The notes: generated from the sequence alone by a model not told the origin. 47,729 bases of DNA from Erythrobacteraceae bacterium (GCA_046339235.1 JBKDUW010000155.1:1-47729), one strand, 5' to 3'; shown: positions 30,166-40,477, counted from the first letter of the stretch. A program made the numbers and translations.

Positions 30166-30369
30166 TTCTTATATTACGAATGTGCACTGTGCGCGGCAAT
30201 GAAATTCCATATCACCGCCGCAGTTCCGCACAATTCTTTAATAACAGCGAATCTCAAGATTGTTTTTATTGTGTTGCATCAATGAAACAAATGCAATTTC
30301 ACAAGTATTCGCGTCAACTAATATTCGATAATACCATTATATGTATCTTCAGACCTTCGTAGTAATGTA

Positions 30370-31443
30370 TCACTCCGCTCTACGCAGGCTTTCCATGTCG
30401 ATCACGAAGCGATACTTGATGTCGCTGGCTTCCATCCGGTCATAGGCGGACTGGATGTCCTGCATCGCGATCACCTCGATATCGGGCAGGATGTTATGGC
30501 CTGCGCAGAAATCGAGCATCTCCTGCGTTTCCGCGAGCCCGCCGATGCCGCTGCCGGTGAGCACCTTGCGCCCGAGCAGCACGCCGGTGTGAAGCTCGGG
30601 CATCATCCCGATCAGCCCGACCAGCACTTGCACCCCGTCAATCCGCAGCAGGTGAAGGTAGGGCACCACATCATGGCGCACCGGAATGGTGTTGAGCACC
30701 ATGTCGAAATAGCCGCGCTTGGCCTTCATCGCGGCTTCGTCATCGGTGTTGAGGAAGGCGTGGGCGCCGAGCTTCTCAGCATCGGCGCGCTTGCTTTCTG
30801 AGCGCGAAAGCACGGTCACTTCCGCGCCCATAGCCGCTGCCAGCTTCACCCCCATGTGTCCCAGCCCGCCGAGGCCAGCGACCGCGACCTTGCTGCCCGG
30901 GCCGACCTTCCATGTCCGCAAGGGGCTGTAGGAAGTGATCCCGGCGCACAAGAGCGGCGCGGCTTCGGCCATCGGCATGCCTTCGGGCACTTTGAGCACG
31001 AATTCCTCGCGGCATACGATGCGCTCGGAATAGCCGCCGAAGGTGAGGGTACCGTCGCGTCGGTCCTTGCCATTATAGGTGCCGGTCATCCCGCCACTCT
31101 GGCAGTATTGTTCGAGATCAGCGTCGCAATGCGCGCATTCCATGCAAGCGTCGACCATGCAGCCGATCGCCACGCGGTCGCCGACCTTGTGGCGGGTAAC
31201 GCCCTCGCCGACCGCGCTGACGGTGCCGACGATCTCGTGGCCCGGCACGATCGGATAGGTGGTGAAACCCCAGTCGTTGCGCGCCGAGTGCAGATCCGAA
31301 TGGCAAATGCCGCAATGGGTGATCTCGATCAGCACATCATCGTGGCGCAGGCCGCGGCGGGTGATTGCCATTGGCCCGACGCCGCTGTCAGGCGCGGTCG
31401 CGCCGTAGGCCTTGGTGGGGTATTCGTTGGTGGAGGTGGTCAT
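30370..31443 (-). CDS. Zn-dependent NAD(P) alcohol dehydrogenase (cinnamyl-ADH type)
   Basis: CGICHSD, GHEIVG, structural Zn C..C..C.......C, APLLCAG, GLGGLG, YRFVID. Confidence 0.93.
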   Translation of the reverse strand: MTTSTNEYPTKAYGATAPDSGVGPMAITRRGLRHDDVLIEITHCGICHSDLHSARNDWGFTTYPIVPGHEIVGTVSAVGEGVTRHKVGDRVAIGCMVDACMECAHCDADLEQYCQSGGMTGTYNGKDRRDGTLTFGGYSERIVCREEFVLKVPEGMPMAEAAPLLCAGITSYSPLRTWKVGPGSKVAVAGLGGLGHMGVKLAAAMGAEVTVLSRSESKRADAEKLGAHAFLNTDDEAAMKAKRGYFDMVLNTIPVRHDVVPYLHLLRIDGVQVLVGLIGMMPELHTGVLLGRKVLTGSGIGGLAETQEMLDFCAGHNILPDIEVIAMQDIQSAYDRMEASDIKYRFVIDMESLRRAE

Positions 31444-31553
31444 TTGCTTTCCCTCGCGGCTAGTTCGCTTCGCGAACACCTCCGGGCGGGCGGCCTGCCG
31501 GTCGGCGCGCGGTCGCGCTTGCGAAGCCTGACGGCTTCGATTGCGTTGCTCTG

Positions 31554-32348
31554 TTACTTCGGCGGCATTCTTATCGCCCCGTCCAACCGGAACTGGTGGC
31601 CGTTGATGTAGCTGTTGCGCGCGATCTCCAGCACCAGTGAGGCAAATTCCTCCGGCTCGCCGAGGCGTTTGGGGAAGGGGACCGACGCGTTCAATTGCGC
31701 CCACATCGGCGGGTTGCGGTCCTTCATCCCCAGCATCAGCGGGGTGGCGAAGATCCCCGGCATGACCGAGTTCACGCGGATGCCCATATCCATCAGATCG
31801 CGCGCCAACGGCAGCACCAGCCCGTTCACCCCGGCCTTGCAGGAGCCATAGATCACCTGCCCGATCTGCCCGTCCTGCGCGGCGACGCTGGCGGTGAGGA
31901 TGATGCAGCCGCGCTCGCCGTCGTCATTGACCGGTTCGGCATTGGCCATGCCTAGCGCCGAGATCGAGGCGACACGGTAGCTGGCGACCAGAATCCCTTC
32001 CGCCCCGAAGGCGTAATCCTCGGTCGAAAGGCGTTTGAAGGCGCCCGCTTCCTTGTCCCAGCCGAGCGTCTTGCCGCGCCGCGAGGCCATCGCGCAGTGC
32101 AGCGTCACGCGCTCCTGCCCATTGGCTGCGCGCGCGGCGGCGAACCCGGCCTCGACGCTGGCCTCGTCCATGATGTCGACATGGTGGAAGCTGCCGCCGA
32201 TCGCGGCGGCGTGTTCTGCGCCCGCTTCATCATTGATGTCGAAAATCGCGACCTTCATGCCCGCGTCCGCGAATGCCTTGGCGCTCGCCTTGCCGAGCCC
32301 CGATGCGCCGCCGGTGACCACTGCAGCTATGCCCGCCTCGATCTTCAT
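31554..32348 (-). CDS. SDR oxidoreductase (type II 3-hydroxyacyl-CoA dehydrogenase-like)
   Basis: TGGASGLG, TASVAAQDGQIGQ..YGSCK, RLG.PEEFA, RLDGAIRM. Confidence 0.9.
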   Translation of the reverse strand: MKIEAGIAAVVTGGASGLGKASAKAFADAGMKVAIFDINDEAGAEHAAAIGGSFHHVDIMDEASVEAGFAAARAANGQERVTLHCAMASRRGKTLGWDKEAGAFKRLSTEDYAFGAEGILVASYRVASISALGMANAEPVNDDGERGCIILTASVAAQDGQIGQVIYGSCKAGVNGLVLPLARDLMDMGIRVNSVMPGIFATPLMLGMKDRNPPMWAQLNASVPFPKRLGEPEEFASLVLEIARNSYINGHQFRLDGAIRMPPK

Positions 32349-32442
32349 GCATCCGTCTCCTGCATCATGTTCGGCCGATTGCTAGGCGCTTGCGCCGGCC
32401 TGCGCCACCTCTTCAATTGAGGCATTTGCGCAACAGGTTGCG

Positions 32443-32482
32443 CTGTCGTGGTTTCGTCATTGTCCGGTCGCTCACCTGTCAC
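32443..32482 (+). promoter_or_regulatory. Putative Pho box array (four half-sites)
   Basis: CTGTCGT, TCGTCAT, CGGTCGC, CTGTCAC at 32443, 32454, 32465, 32476 (exact 11-bp period), upstream of TBDR-phytase-phoX. Confidence 0.75.
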
Positions 32483-32547
32483 GGCTCGAAGCTAGGAGCG
32501 GCTGCATTATGGCCCGGATTAACGGGCAGCTCACGGGAAATACCAGC

Positions 32548-34947
32548 ATGATCCGCACCCATCTTCTGCTTGGCAGCGCCGCTGTGGCACTGACCTCGAT
32601 CATCGCCGCGCCCGCTTTCGCAGCCGACGCCGCCGACCCGCAGGCGCTTGCCGCCAGCGTCCAGTCGGGCGGCGCCATCGCCGAAACCGAGGAGAGCGAG
32701 GACGACAGGGTCCAGACCGCTAAGGAAATCGTGGTCTAGGGCAATATCGGCTTCCGCAACCGTAGCGATGCGGCCGAACCGATCCTTGTCTATGACGAAG
32801 AATATTTCCAGCGCTTCGAACCGCTGACAGCGGGCGACGCGCTCAAGCGCGTGCCGGGCGTCACCTTCCTGTCGGACGTGATCGAAAGCGACGGCGCCCG
32901 TCTGCGCGGCCTTGACCCGGGTTACACCCAGATCCTGATCAACGGCGAGCGCGTCCCCGGCGGCCAGGCCGACCGTTCGTTCTTCCTCGACCGTATCCCG
33001 GCCGAACTGATCGAGCAGGTCGAAATCGTGCGCTCCTCCTCGGCGCGTCGCACCGGCGATGCGGTCGCAGGCTCGCTCAACATCAAGCTGCGCGATGGCT
33101 TCGCGCTTGACGGCGGCTATGTCCGCGCCAGCGGGCTGTTTTTCGATGATGGCGAAGTGAAGCCCTCGGGCGGCTTCTACTACGGCGGCGAACTCGCCGG
33201 CGGGCGCATGCTGATCGGCGCCAACGTCCAGGGCCGTTACAACCCCAAGGAAAAGTCCAGCCTGCGCTACGGCGACAGCCCGGAAAACAACCCCGACTTC
33301 GCCACCGATGATTTCGACAACCGCGAAGACCAGTCGGACATCCGCGACGGCACCGATTATGCCTTTAACGCGAGCTGGGGGATCGAGACCGAGGAAACCG
33401 AATTCGAAATCCTCGCCAACTTCGTGCGCACCGAGCGCACCGAGGAAGAGCGTTCGTTCGAGTATAATGATCCGACCGCGATCAACGGCCCGGTGCGCGC
33501 CATTCCGGCGGGTAACCTGCTGACCTACAACGCCAACCTCAATGATATCACCACCGAAAGCTGGTCCGTCATCGCCAAGCTCGATCAGGAGTGGAGCCTC
33601 GGTGAAACCCAGCTGCGCGTCGGCTTTGCCAAGTTCGACGATCTGAAGGACGAGTTCGAATATGAAATCGACTTCGATCGCAGCACGCCGCGCTTCACCG
33701 GCGATCTGACGGTGCAGGACACCAATGACCAGGAGTTCTTCGTCAATCTCGAACAGGAAATCGAGCTCAACGACAATATCGAGTTCGCGGTCGGCGGGTT
33801 CGCGCAGAACAAGAAGCGCGTGTTCCGCCTGCAGGAAGTGCGCAGCCGCTTCAACCTCACCGCGGCCAACCGCCAGGGTTACGACCAGTTCGAACGCACC
33901 CCGGGTGAATTCGCGCCGAACCCCTTCCCGCCGCTGGGCGAGACCGCGTTCAACCGCGTCAAGGAAGACCGCCGCGATCTCTATGCGCTGGTCGAAGGCG
34001 AGTTTGACAGCCTGACCTTCGAAGCCGGGATCCGCTGGGAAAACACCGATGTCGAAATCACCGACTTCCAGGTTGGCGGCGCCGGCACGATCGAGAACAG
34101 CTACGACGAATTCCTGCCGTCGGCCTCGCTCAAGTTCGAGCTGGGCGATGGTCGCATCACCCTGTCGGGTGCCCGCACGATGCGTCGTCCGAACTTCAAC
34201 TTCATCACGCCCGGCCTGCTCGAGGCCGAGTTTGGCGACAACGACTTCCTCGGCAACCCCTTCCTGCTTCCCGAAGCCGCATGGGGCGGCGATCTGGGCT
34301 ACGAGCACAAGATCGGCAATACCGGGGTAATCGGCATCAACGTGTTCTACCGCGACATCAGCAACCTCATCGAACTGTCGACCCTGCTTGATGCCAACGG
34401 CGTGCCGGTCGAAGGTTCGGAAGGCGATGGCACCTTCATCTACACCCCGCGCAACACCGGCAATGGCGAGGTTTACGGGGTCGAATTCGACGCCTCGTTC
34501 AGCCTTGCTTTCATCGGCCTGCCGGACACCGGCTTGTTCGGGAACTTCGCGCTGCTCGACAGCAACATCACCGACGAATTCGGCGAGCGCCGCTTCAACG
34601 ACCAGTCGGAATATGTCTACAACTTCGGCGCGATCCAGAACATTCCCAGCTTTGGCGCGGCCTTCGGGGCGACCTACCGCAAGCAGGGCGAGGCCTTCGG
34701 CCGCGTGGTGGGTGAGGAAATCACCACCCGCTATGGCGCCGATCTTGAAGTCTTCATCGAAAAGCGCTTTGGCGACAGCTTCACCATCCGTGCAGTGGGC
34801 TCCAACCTGCTTGACAGCACCAAGGACGAAAACTTCAACAAGTTCGCGACCACGGGCGATCAGTTCGCCCGTGATTTCGACGAATACGAACTCGAAAGCG
34901 AGCGCGCCGGCCCGGTGTTCCAGGTCGTTGCCCGCTACGCTTTCTAG
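32548..34947 (+). pseudogene. TonB-dependent receptor with in-frame TAG at 32737-32739
   Basis: Signal peptide, then EIVV-TAG-GNIGFRNR continuing in frame into plug (LRGL.PGYTQILING, IEQVEIVR) and barrel ending YAF. The two ORF-track pieces are in the same frame. Confidence 0.85.
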
Positions 34948-34971
34948 GCTGACCAAAAGGGCCGTGATCTG

Positions 34972-36018
34972 ATGCTTCGACCTTTCCACGGCTTTGCGCT
35001 GATGACGCTGGGGATCGCCGCTGCCTGTGCAACGGTGCCCCCGGCGATCATGGGCGACCCCGCCGTCACCGTCACAGCCAAGGCGGAGACGGTGCCGGTC
35101 GGCACCAGCAACGGGGATGCGGCCGACGATCCGGCGATCTGGCGCAATCCGACCAATCCGGCTGCCAGCCTCGTCGTCGGCACGGACAAGAAGGGCGGAC
35201 TTTACGTTTATGACCTCAAGGGTGCCCAGAAGAGCTTCCTGGTTGCGCCCGGTATGAACAATGTCGATCTGGTCGAGATCGAGCACGGCCGTGTTCTGGT
35301 GATCGCCAGCGACCGCGCCGATCTGGTCACCGCGCATCTGTTCCTCGCACTGCTCGACCCTGCCACCGGCACGCTCTCGCCAACGGGCCGCATCGTGGTC
35401 GGGCCGGGCGAGGGCTACGGTATCTGCATCGCCAAGCCGGCCGGCAAGGATGAGATAGTCGTGTTCAGCGCCCCCAAGAACGGGATCATCTACCGCACCA
35501 CGCTGACCGGCACCGCCAAGGGCCGGGACTTCGCAGCCACCACTACCACACTTGCGACCGTCGCCACCCAGCCCGAAGGCTGCATTGCCGACCCGCGCAC
35601 CGCAACGCTCTATATCGGCGAGGAAGACGCCGGGATCTGGGCGATCGACATAAACACCGGCGCCAAGCGTCTGGTCGCCCCAATCGACAACAAGATGCTG
35701 GTCGCCGACGTCGAAGGCCTTGCGATTTCGCCCGAGGGCAGCGATGGCGGCTATCTCGTCGCCTCCTCGCAGGGCGACAATGCCTACGCCGTGTTCCGTC
35801 TGCCCGGCGTGACCCCGGTCGGCCGCTTCCGCATCGCCGCAGGCCAGTTTGGCTCGGTCGAGGAAACCGACGGGATCGAACTCGACAACCGCGATTTCGG
35901 GCCGGATTTCCCCAAGGGTATCTTCATGGCGCAGGACGGGGTCAACGCGCCCGCCGCGCAGAACTTCAAGTTTGCGCTCTGGGACGAAATTCTTGCCGCG
36001 CTGGAGGCGGGTCAGTAA
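34972..36018 (+). CDS. Beta-propeller phytase (probable lipoprotein)
   Basis: DAADDPAIW, GTDKKGGL, NNVD, YGIC, EGC, DVEG, SSQGDN, ETDG, QDG, QNFK. Confidence 0.92.
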   Translation: MLRPFHGFALMTLGIAAACATVPPAIMGDPAVTVTAKAETVPVGTSNGDAADDPAIWRNPTNPAASLVVGTDKKGGLYVYDLKGAQKSFLVAPGMNNVDLVEIEHGRVLVIASDRADLVTAHLFLALLDPATGTLSPTGRIVVGPGEGYGICIAKPAGKDEIVVFSAPKNGIIYRTTLTGTAKGRDFAATTTTLATVATQPEGCIADPRTATLYIGEEDAGIWAIDINTGAKRLVAPIDNKMLVADVEGLAISPEGSDGGYLVASSQGDNAYAVFRLPGVTPVGRFRIAAGQFGSVEETDGIELDNRDFGPDFPKGIFMAQDGVNAPAAQNFKFALWDEILAALEAGQ

Positions 36019-36028
36019 GCCTGTCGGC

Positions 36029-37393
36029 ATGACCGCCAACAGCTTTACCGCACCAGACCGCCGCCGCTTCCTCGGCGCGACCGCCAGTGCCTTTGCCGCG
36101 CTTGCCGCGAGCGGCTGCGTGAGCCGCGGTGCCAGCACCGCCGCTGCGCCGCGCGCTGCCAGTAGCTTTGCCGGTTACGGCGCGCTCGTTCCCGATCCCG
36201 CCGGCCTGCTCGATCTGCCGCAAGGGTTCAGCTACCGGGTTCTGTCCAAACTGGGCGCGACGATGGATGATGGTGGCACCGTCCCCGACCGGGCTGACGG
36301 GATGGGCTGCTTCGACATCGGCAACGGCGAGCTTGCCTTGGTGCGCAACCACGAATTGCAGCCGCAGCACGATGCCGGCGGGAGCATCGCCAAGGGCTTT
36401 GGCAAGAAGGACGGCGTGTTCGTCCCCGGCGGCACCACCACCATCGTGCTCGATGCCGCGACGCTCAGCGTGAAGCGCCAGTTCCGCAGCCTTGGCGGCA
36501 CGATCCGCAATTGTTCGGGCGGGGTGACGCCGTGGGGCACCTGGCTGAGCTGCGAGGAAGCGCCCATTGGCCCGGGCGAGCCGCGTGGGCAAGGGCTGGA
36601 CAAGAGCCACGGCTGGGTGTTCGAGGTGCCCGCCTCCTCGCGCGGGCTCGTCGATGCCGTGCCGCTCACCGCGATGGGCCGCTTCAACCACGAGGCCGCC
36701 TGCGTCGATCCGGCCAGCGGCATCGTCTACCAGACCGAAGACCGCGACGATTCGGTGCTCTACCGCTTCCTCCCCGCAGTGCCGGGCAAGCTTGCACAAG
36801 GCGGGCGCTTGCAGGCGATGGTCATCGAAGGCCTCGCCGATACCCGCAACTGGGACGTTTCGGACTCTGGGCGCGCGATGCCCATCGGCAAACCCTATCC
36901 GGTGCGCTGGGTAGACCTCGATGACGTCGAAGCGCTCAAGGACGATCTGCGTGCACGCGCAGCGGCCAAGGGCGCGGCGCTGGTGGCGCGGGGCGAAGGC
37001 CTGCACATGGGCGAGAACGCGGTGTTCGCCTGCTGCACCAATGGCGGGGCGAAGAAGCTCGGTCAGATCCTCAAGCTGACCCCTGGCCTTGCGGGCGCAA
37101 CCGATACAGTCGAGCTGTTCTTCGAAAGCCAGAGCACCGAGCAGTTCAACTACGGCGATAACCTGTGCGTTGCGCCAAACGGCCACCTGATCGTGTGCGA
37201 GGACCAATATACCGATGTGGTCGACAACCACATCCGCGGGATCACCCCGGCGGGCGAGGCCTATGAATTCGCGCGGCTGACCGCCCAGACCGAGCTTGCC
37301 GGCGGCTGTTTCTCGCCCGATGGCAAGTGGCTGTTCGTCAACGCCTATTCGCCGACGGTGACGCTGGCGATCACCGGGCCGTGGGCGGCCTGA
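36029..37393 (+). CDS. phoX: PhoX-family (DUF839) alkaline phosphatase, Tat-exported
   Basis: DRRRFL, RNHE, NCSGGVTPWGTWLSCEE, MGRFNHEA, DN, CED, E.AG..FSPDG. Confidence 0.88.
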   Translation: MTANSFTAPDRRRFLGATASAFAALAASGCVSRGASTAAAPRAASSFAGYGALVPDPAGLLDLPQGFSYRVLSKLGATMDDGGTVPDRADGMGCFDIGNGELALVRNHELQPQHDAGGSIAKGFGKKDGVFVPGGTTTIVLDAATLSVKRQFRSLGGTIRNCSGGVTPWGTWLSCEEAPIGPGEPRGQGLDKSHGWVFEVPASSRGLVDAVPLTAMGRFNHEAACVDPASGIVYQTEDRDDSVLYRFLPAVPGKLAQGGRLQAMVIEGLADTRNWDVSDSGRAMPIGKPYPVRWVDLDDVEALKDDLRARAAAKGAALVARGEGLHMGENAVFACCTNGGAKKLGQILKLTPGLAGATDTVELFFESQSTEQFNYGDNLCVAPNGHLIVCEDQYTDVVDNHIRGITPAGEAYEFARLTAQTELAGGCFSPDGKWLFVNAYSPTVTLAITGPWAA

Positions 37394-37423
37394 CCCACGC
37401 CCTGAGCAAGGGCTAGCGCGCGG

Positions 37424-37993
37424 GTGGACACCTTCCTGTTTGCGCTGCTGCTGGTGTTGGCGCTGTCGCTCGGCGGGCGCGATCAATGGCTGGTGGCGCA
37501 GTGGTCGGGCGCGCTCGGGCGCAGCATGCCGCTGCTCGTGCTGGGCATGTCCTGCGCCGGATTGAGCGCTGCGCTGATGGCGTGGTTGGGGGAGGGGTTC
37601 GCCGCGCTGCTGCCGCCGCGCGCGGCCCAGATGCTGGTCGCCTTCGCGCTCGCCGTCGCCGGGTTCGAGCTCGTCTGGCCGGTCAAGCACAAGCCGCCCC
37701 CACGCGAGCCGACCCGCTCGCTGGGAGCCATCGTGATCGTGCTGCTTGCGCGGCAGGTGGGCGACGCGGCGCGCTTTGGCGTGTTTGCGCTCGCCGCATG
37801 GGCGCACCTGCCGGCCACCGCAGCGCTCGGCGGCGCGATCGGCGGGGCGGGCGCGATGGCCATCGGATGGTCGCTGGGGGCGAAGAAGCTCGCGCGCTGG
37901 CCGTTGCTGCTGCTGCGCCGGAGCCTTGCGGCGGGGCTGCTGGTGGCAGCGCTGTTGATCGGATTGGACGCGCGGTTCGGCGCCTCTGGCTGA
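37424..37993 (+). CDS. Divergent GDT1/TMEM165 (UPF0016)-like membrane protein
   Basis: Six TM segments in two repeats; degenerate motifs SLGGRDQ and QVGDAARF where EhGD(K/R)(S/T) is expected. Confidence 0.5.
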   Translation: MDTFLFALLLVLALSLGGRDQWLVAQWSGALGRSMPLLVLGMSCAGLSAALMAWLGEGFAALLPPRAAQMLVAFALAVAGFELVWPVKHKPPPREPTRSLGAIVIVLLARQVGDAARFGVFALAAWAHLPATAALGGAIGGAGAMAIGWSLGAKKLARWPLLLLRRSLAAGLLVAALLIGLDARFGASG

Positions 37994-38124
37994 CACCCAA
38001 ACCAATTCCCGCGCCGCACTGGTCGTTGTGCGCAACGGCTTGCTCGCCCAAGGACAATTTGCTCCACATCAAAAAAGGGCCGTTCCCGCTGACCGGCGGC
38101 GGCCCCATTGCTATGCTCGGTTTT

Positions 38125-38745
38125 ATGCACGAGTTGACGATCATCGAACACGCCGAACCAGCCATGATTGCCGATTGGCTGGCGGCCCGGCTCGCAGGCA
38201 CAGGGGCGATCACCGTTCCCGGCGGCTCGACCCCGGGTCCGATCCTTGCCGCCCGGATTGACGGGTACCGCGAGCAGATCGACTGGGGCGCGTGGCAGGT
38301 CTGGCCGAATGATGATCGCATCGTGCCCGAGGATCACGAGGCCTCAAACACCGGGAAGATCCGTGCGCTGCTCGAACCTTATGGTGCGCAGATTGCGGCG
38401 CTGGCCGAAGGGGCCACCCCGCCGCATTTCGCGCTGAGCTGGCTCGGGATGGGGCCGGACGGGCATATCGCCTCGCTGTTTCCCAACACCGATCCCAAGG
38501 CCGACGATCCGCAAGCCATCCGCCGCCTCACCCCCGATCCGCTGCCAGCCCATGCGCCGTTCGATCGCATCACGCTGACCCTGCCCGCGCTGCTCGATAG
38601 TGATGCGCTGGCGTTCACGCTGGGCGGCGCGGCGGACAAGCGCAGCGTTTTCGAGGGCGCGCTGCGCGGCGCGCATGATCTGCCCATCGCCCGCCTGCTG
38701 CGCGCTGCCGAAGCGCGGCATATTCCCGTCACCGTGTTCACCTGA
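38125..38745 (+). CDS. pgl: 6-phosphogluconolactonase
   Basis: PGGSTP, DDRIVP.DH.ASN, LGMGPDGHIASLFP, RITLT. Confidence 0.88.
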   Translation: MHELTIIEHAEPAMIADWLAARLAGTGAITVPGGSTPGPILAARIDGYREQIDWGAWQVWPNDDRIVPEDHEASNTGKIRALLEPYGAQIAALAEGATPPHFALSWLGMGPDGHIASLFPNTDPKADDPQAIRRLTPDPLPAHAPFDRITLTLPALLDSDALAFTLGGAADKRSVFEGALRGAHDLPIARLLRAAEARHIPVTVFT

Positions 38746-39218
38746 TGCCCGCCTTCCTCCCCGCCTCGCTCCACCGCGCGCTGCTGCCGCTGGCGCACCG
38801 TGTGCGACACCTTTGGCGGCGCTGGCGCAAGACGCCGATTGCCGGGGTGAGCGTGATCATCACCAATCTCGGCGGCGATGTGCTGCTGCTCAAGCATTCC
38901 TATGGCCCCGATGTCTGGGGGTTGCCCGGCGGCGGGCTCGGGCGCGGGGAAGATCCGGTGGCGGCTGCGCGGCGTGAGGTGCGCGAGGAACTGGGGCTGG
39001 AGCTGGCGCGGATCGAGCCGATCGGCACGCTCGAGGAGGTGCTGTCGGGCTCGCCCCACACCGCATTCCTGTTCGCCGGAACCTGCGACCGGCAACCACA
39101 GCCCGACGGGCGCGAGGTGACAGAAGCGCGCTACTTCCCCTCGCACTCGCTGCCCGAACCGCTGGGCCGCCACACCCGCGCCAGGATCGCGGCGTGGAAG
39201 GCGCGGCGGGTAGGTTAA
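38745..39218 (+). CDS. Nudix hydrolase
   Basis: Nudix box GGLGRGEDPVAAARREVREELG. Confidence 0.92.
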   Translation: MPAFLPASLHRALLPLAHRVRHLWRRWRKTPIAGVSVIITNLGGDVLLLKHSYGPDVWGLPGGGLGRGEDPVAAARREVREELGLELARIEPIGTLEEVLSGSPHTAFLFAGTCDRQPQPDGREVTEARYFPSHSLPEPLGRHTRARIAAWKARRVG

Positions 39219-40348
39219 AGCAGCGAGAGCTGCGCCTCGTCGCGGGCGGGCTTTTCGCCTTCTGCCCCTTCGAGGCTCGAAAGCGTTAGCCCCATCAGCC
39301 GGATCGGCTGCGGCAGGGGCAATTCGGTTTCGAGCAGCGCGCGGGCGGTCTGCGCGAACTCCTCCTTCCCGCTGACGAAATCGGACAGCGAGGCCGCGCG
39401 GGTCATGGTGCGGAAATCGGTGAACTTGAGCTTGAGCGTCACGGTCCGCCCGCGCGCCCCGCTGGTCTCGATCCGTTCCCACACGATGGCGATGATGTTT
39501 TCCAGCGTTGCGCGCAATGCCGCCCCGCTGCCGATATCCTCGGCAAAGGTGCGCTCCCCGCCGACCGATCTGCGCAGGCGATGCGCCGCGACGGGCCTGA
39601 GGTCGATCCCCCGCGCCGCACGGAACAGGTAATCGCCCATGCTGCCGAAATGCGTGCGCAGGAAGGCGATGTCCTTGCCCGCCAGATCCGCGCCGGTGGC
39701 GATCCCGAGCTTCTGCATCCGCTCCTCCGCCTTGGGCCCGACCCCGTGGAACCGCCGCACCGGCAGCCCCGCGACAAACTGCGCGCCTTCGCCCGGGCGG
39801 ATGACGCACAGCCCGTCGGGCTTGTTCTGGTCGCTGGCGAGCTTGGCGAGGAACTTGTTGTAGCTAACCCCCGCGCTCGCGGTCAGCTGGGTCTTGGCGC
39901 GGATTTCCTGGCGGATCAGCGTGGCGATGCGGGTCGCCGAGCCGATCCCGAGCCGGTCTTCGGTGACATCGAGATAGGCCTCGTCGAGGCTCAGCGGCTC
40001 GATCAGGTGCGTGTAGTGCTCGAACACGTGGCGGATCTGGCGGCTGGCTTCCTTGTAGGCATCGAACCTCGGGCGCACGAAGATCAGATCGGGGCAGAGC
40101 CGCTGCGCCGTGACCGAAGGCATGGCGCTTCTCACCCCGAACTTGCGCGCCTCGTAGCTGGCGGCGGCCACCACCCCGCGCCCGCCCGCCCCGCCGACCG
40201 CCACGGGAAGCCCGCGCAGTTCGGGATTGTCGCGCTGTTCGACGCTGGCGAAGAAGGCATCCATGTCGACATGGATGATCTTCCTGAGGCCCAGCTCGTC
40301 TCGGGGAGCCTCCTCGCTATGCTCGTCGGACGGCGCGTCGCTTGCCAT
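39215..40348 (-). CDS. dinB: DNA polymerase IV
   Basis: IIHVDMDAFFASVE, ASYEARKFGVRSAM, SLDEAYLD, KLASD.NKPDG. Confidence 0.95.
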   Translation of the reverse strand: MASDAPSDEHSEEAPRDELGLRKIIHVDMDAFFASVEQRDNPELRGLPVAVGGAGGRGVVAAASYEARKFGVRSAMPSVTAQRLCPDLIFVRPRFDAYKEASRQIRHVFEHYTHLIEPLSLDEAYLDVTEDRLGIGSATRIATLIRQEIRAKTQLTASAGVSYNKFLAKLASDQNKPDGLCVIRPGEGAQFVAGLPVRRFHGVGPKAEERMQKLGIATGADLAGKDIAFLRTHFGSMGDYLFRAARGIDLRPVAAHRLRRSVGGERTFAEDIGSGAALRATLENIIAIVWERIETSGARGRTVTLKLKFTDFRTMTRAASLSDFVSGKEEFAQTARALLETELPLPQPIRLMGLTLSSLEGAEGEKPARDEAQLSLL

Positions 40349-40477
40349 GCTGGTGACAAATAGAACCTTCGCGCGCGCGAAGGAAGCGATGCTGGAACCA
40401 ATCACCCGTCCTGCCATTTTGTGCACATGCGAAAAGAACAGTGGTCTTCGGGAGAACCCCTTGGCAATGGCCCCCCG

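Noticed and set aside
27805-32739. Genome-wide TAG reassignment (Gln or pyrrolysine)
   Set aside because: TAG ends several genes at their natural C-termini here (e.g. directly after the TBDR terminal YAF), and no pyl genes or suppressor tRNA are in the window.
37486-38745. Apparent 419-aa fusion ending in Pgl
   Set aside because: The N-terminal half is an alternate frame over the membrane-protein gene; Pgl motifs begin only after about 38125.
40349-40440. LexA (GAAC-N7-GAAC) box upstream of dinB
   Set aside because: Single GAAC half-sites only; no correctly spaced pair found.
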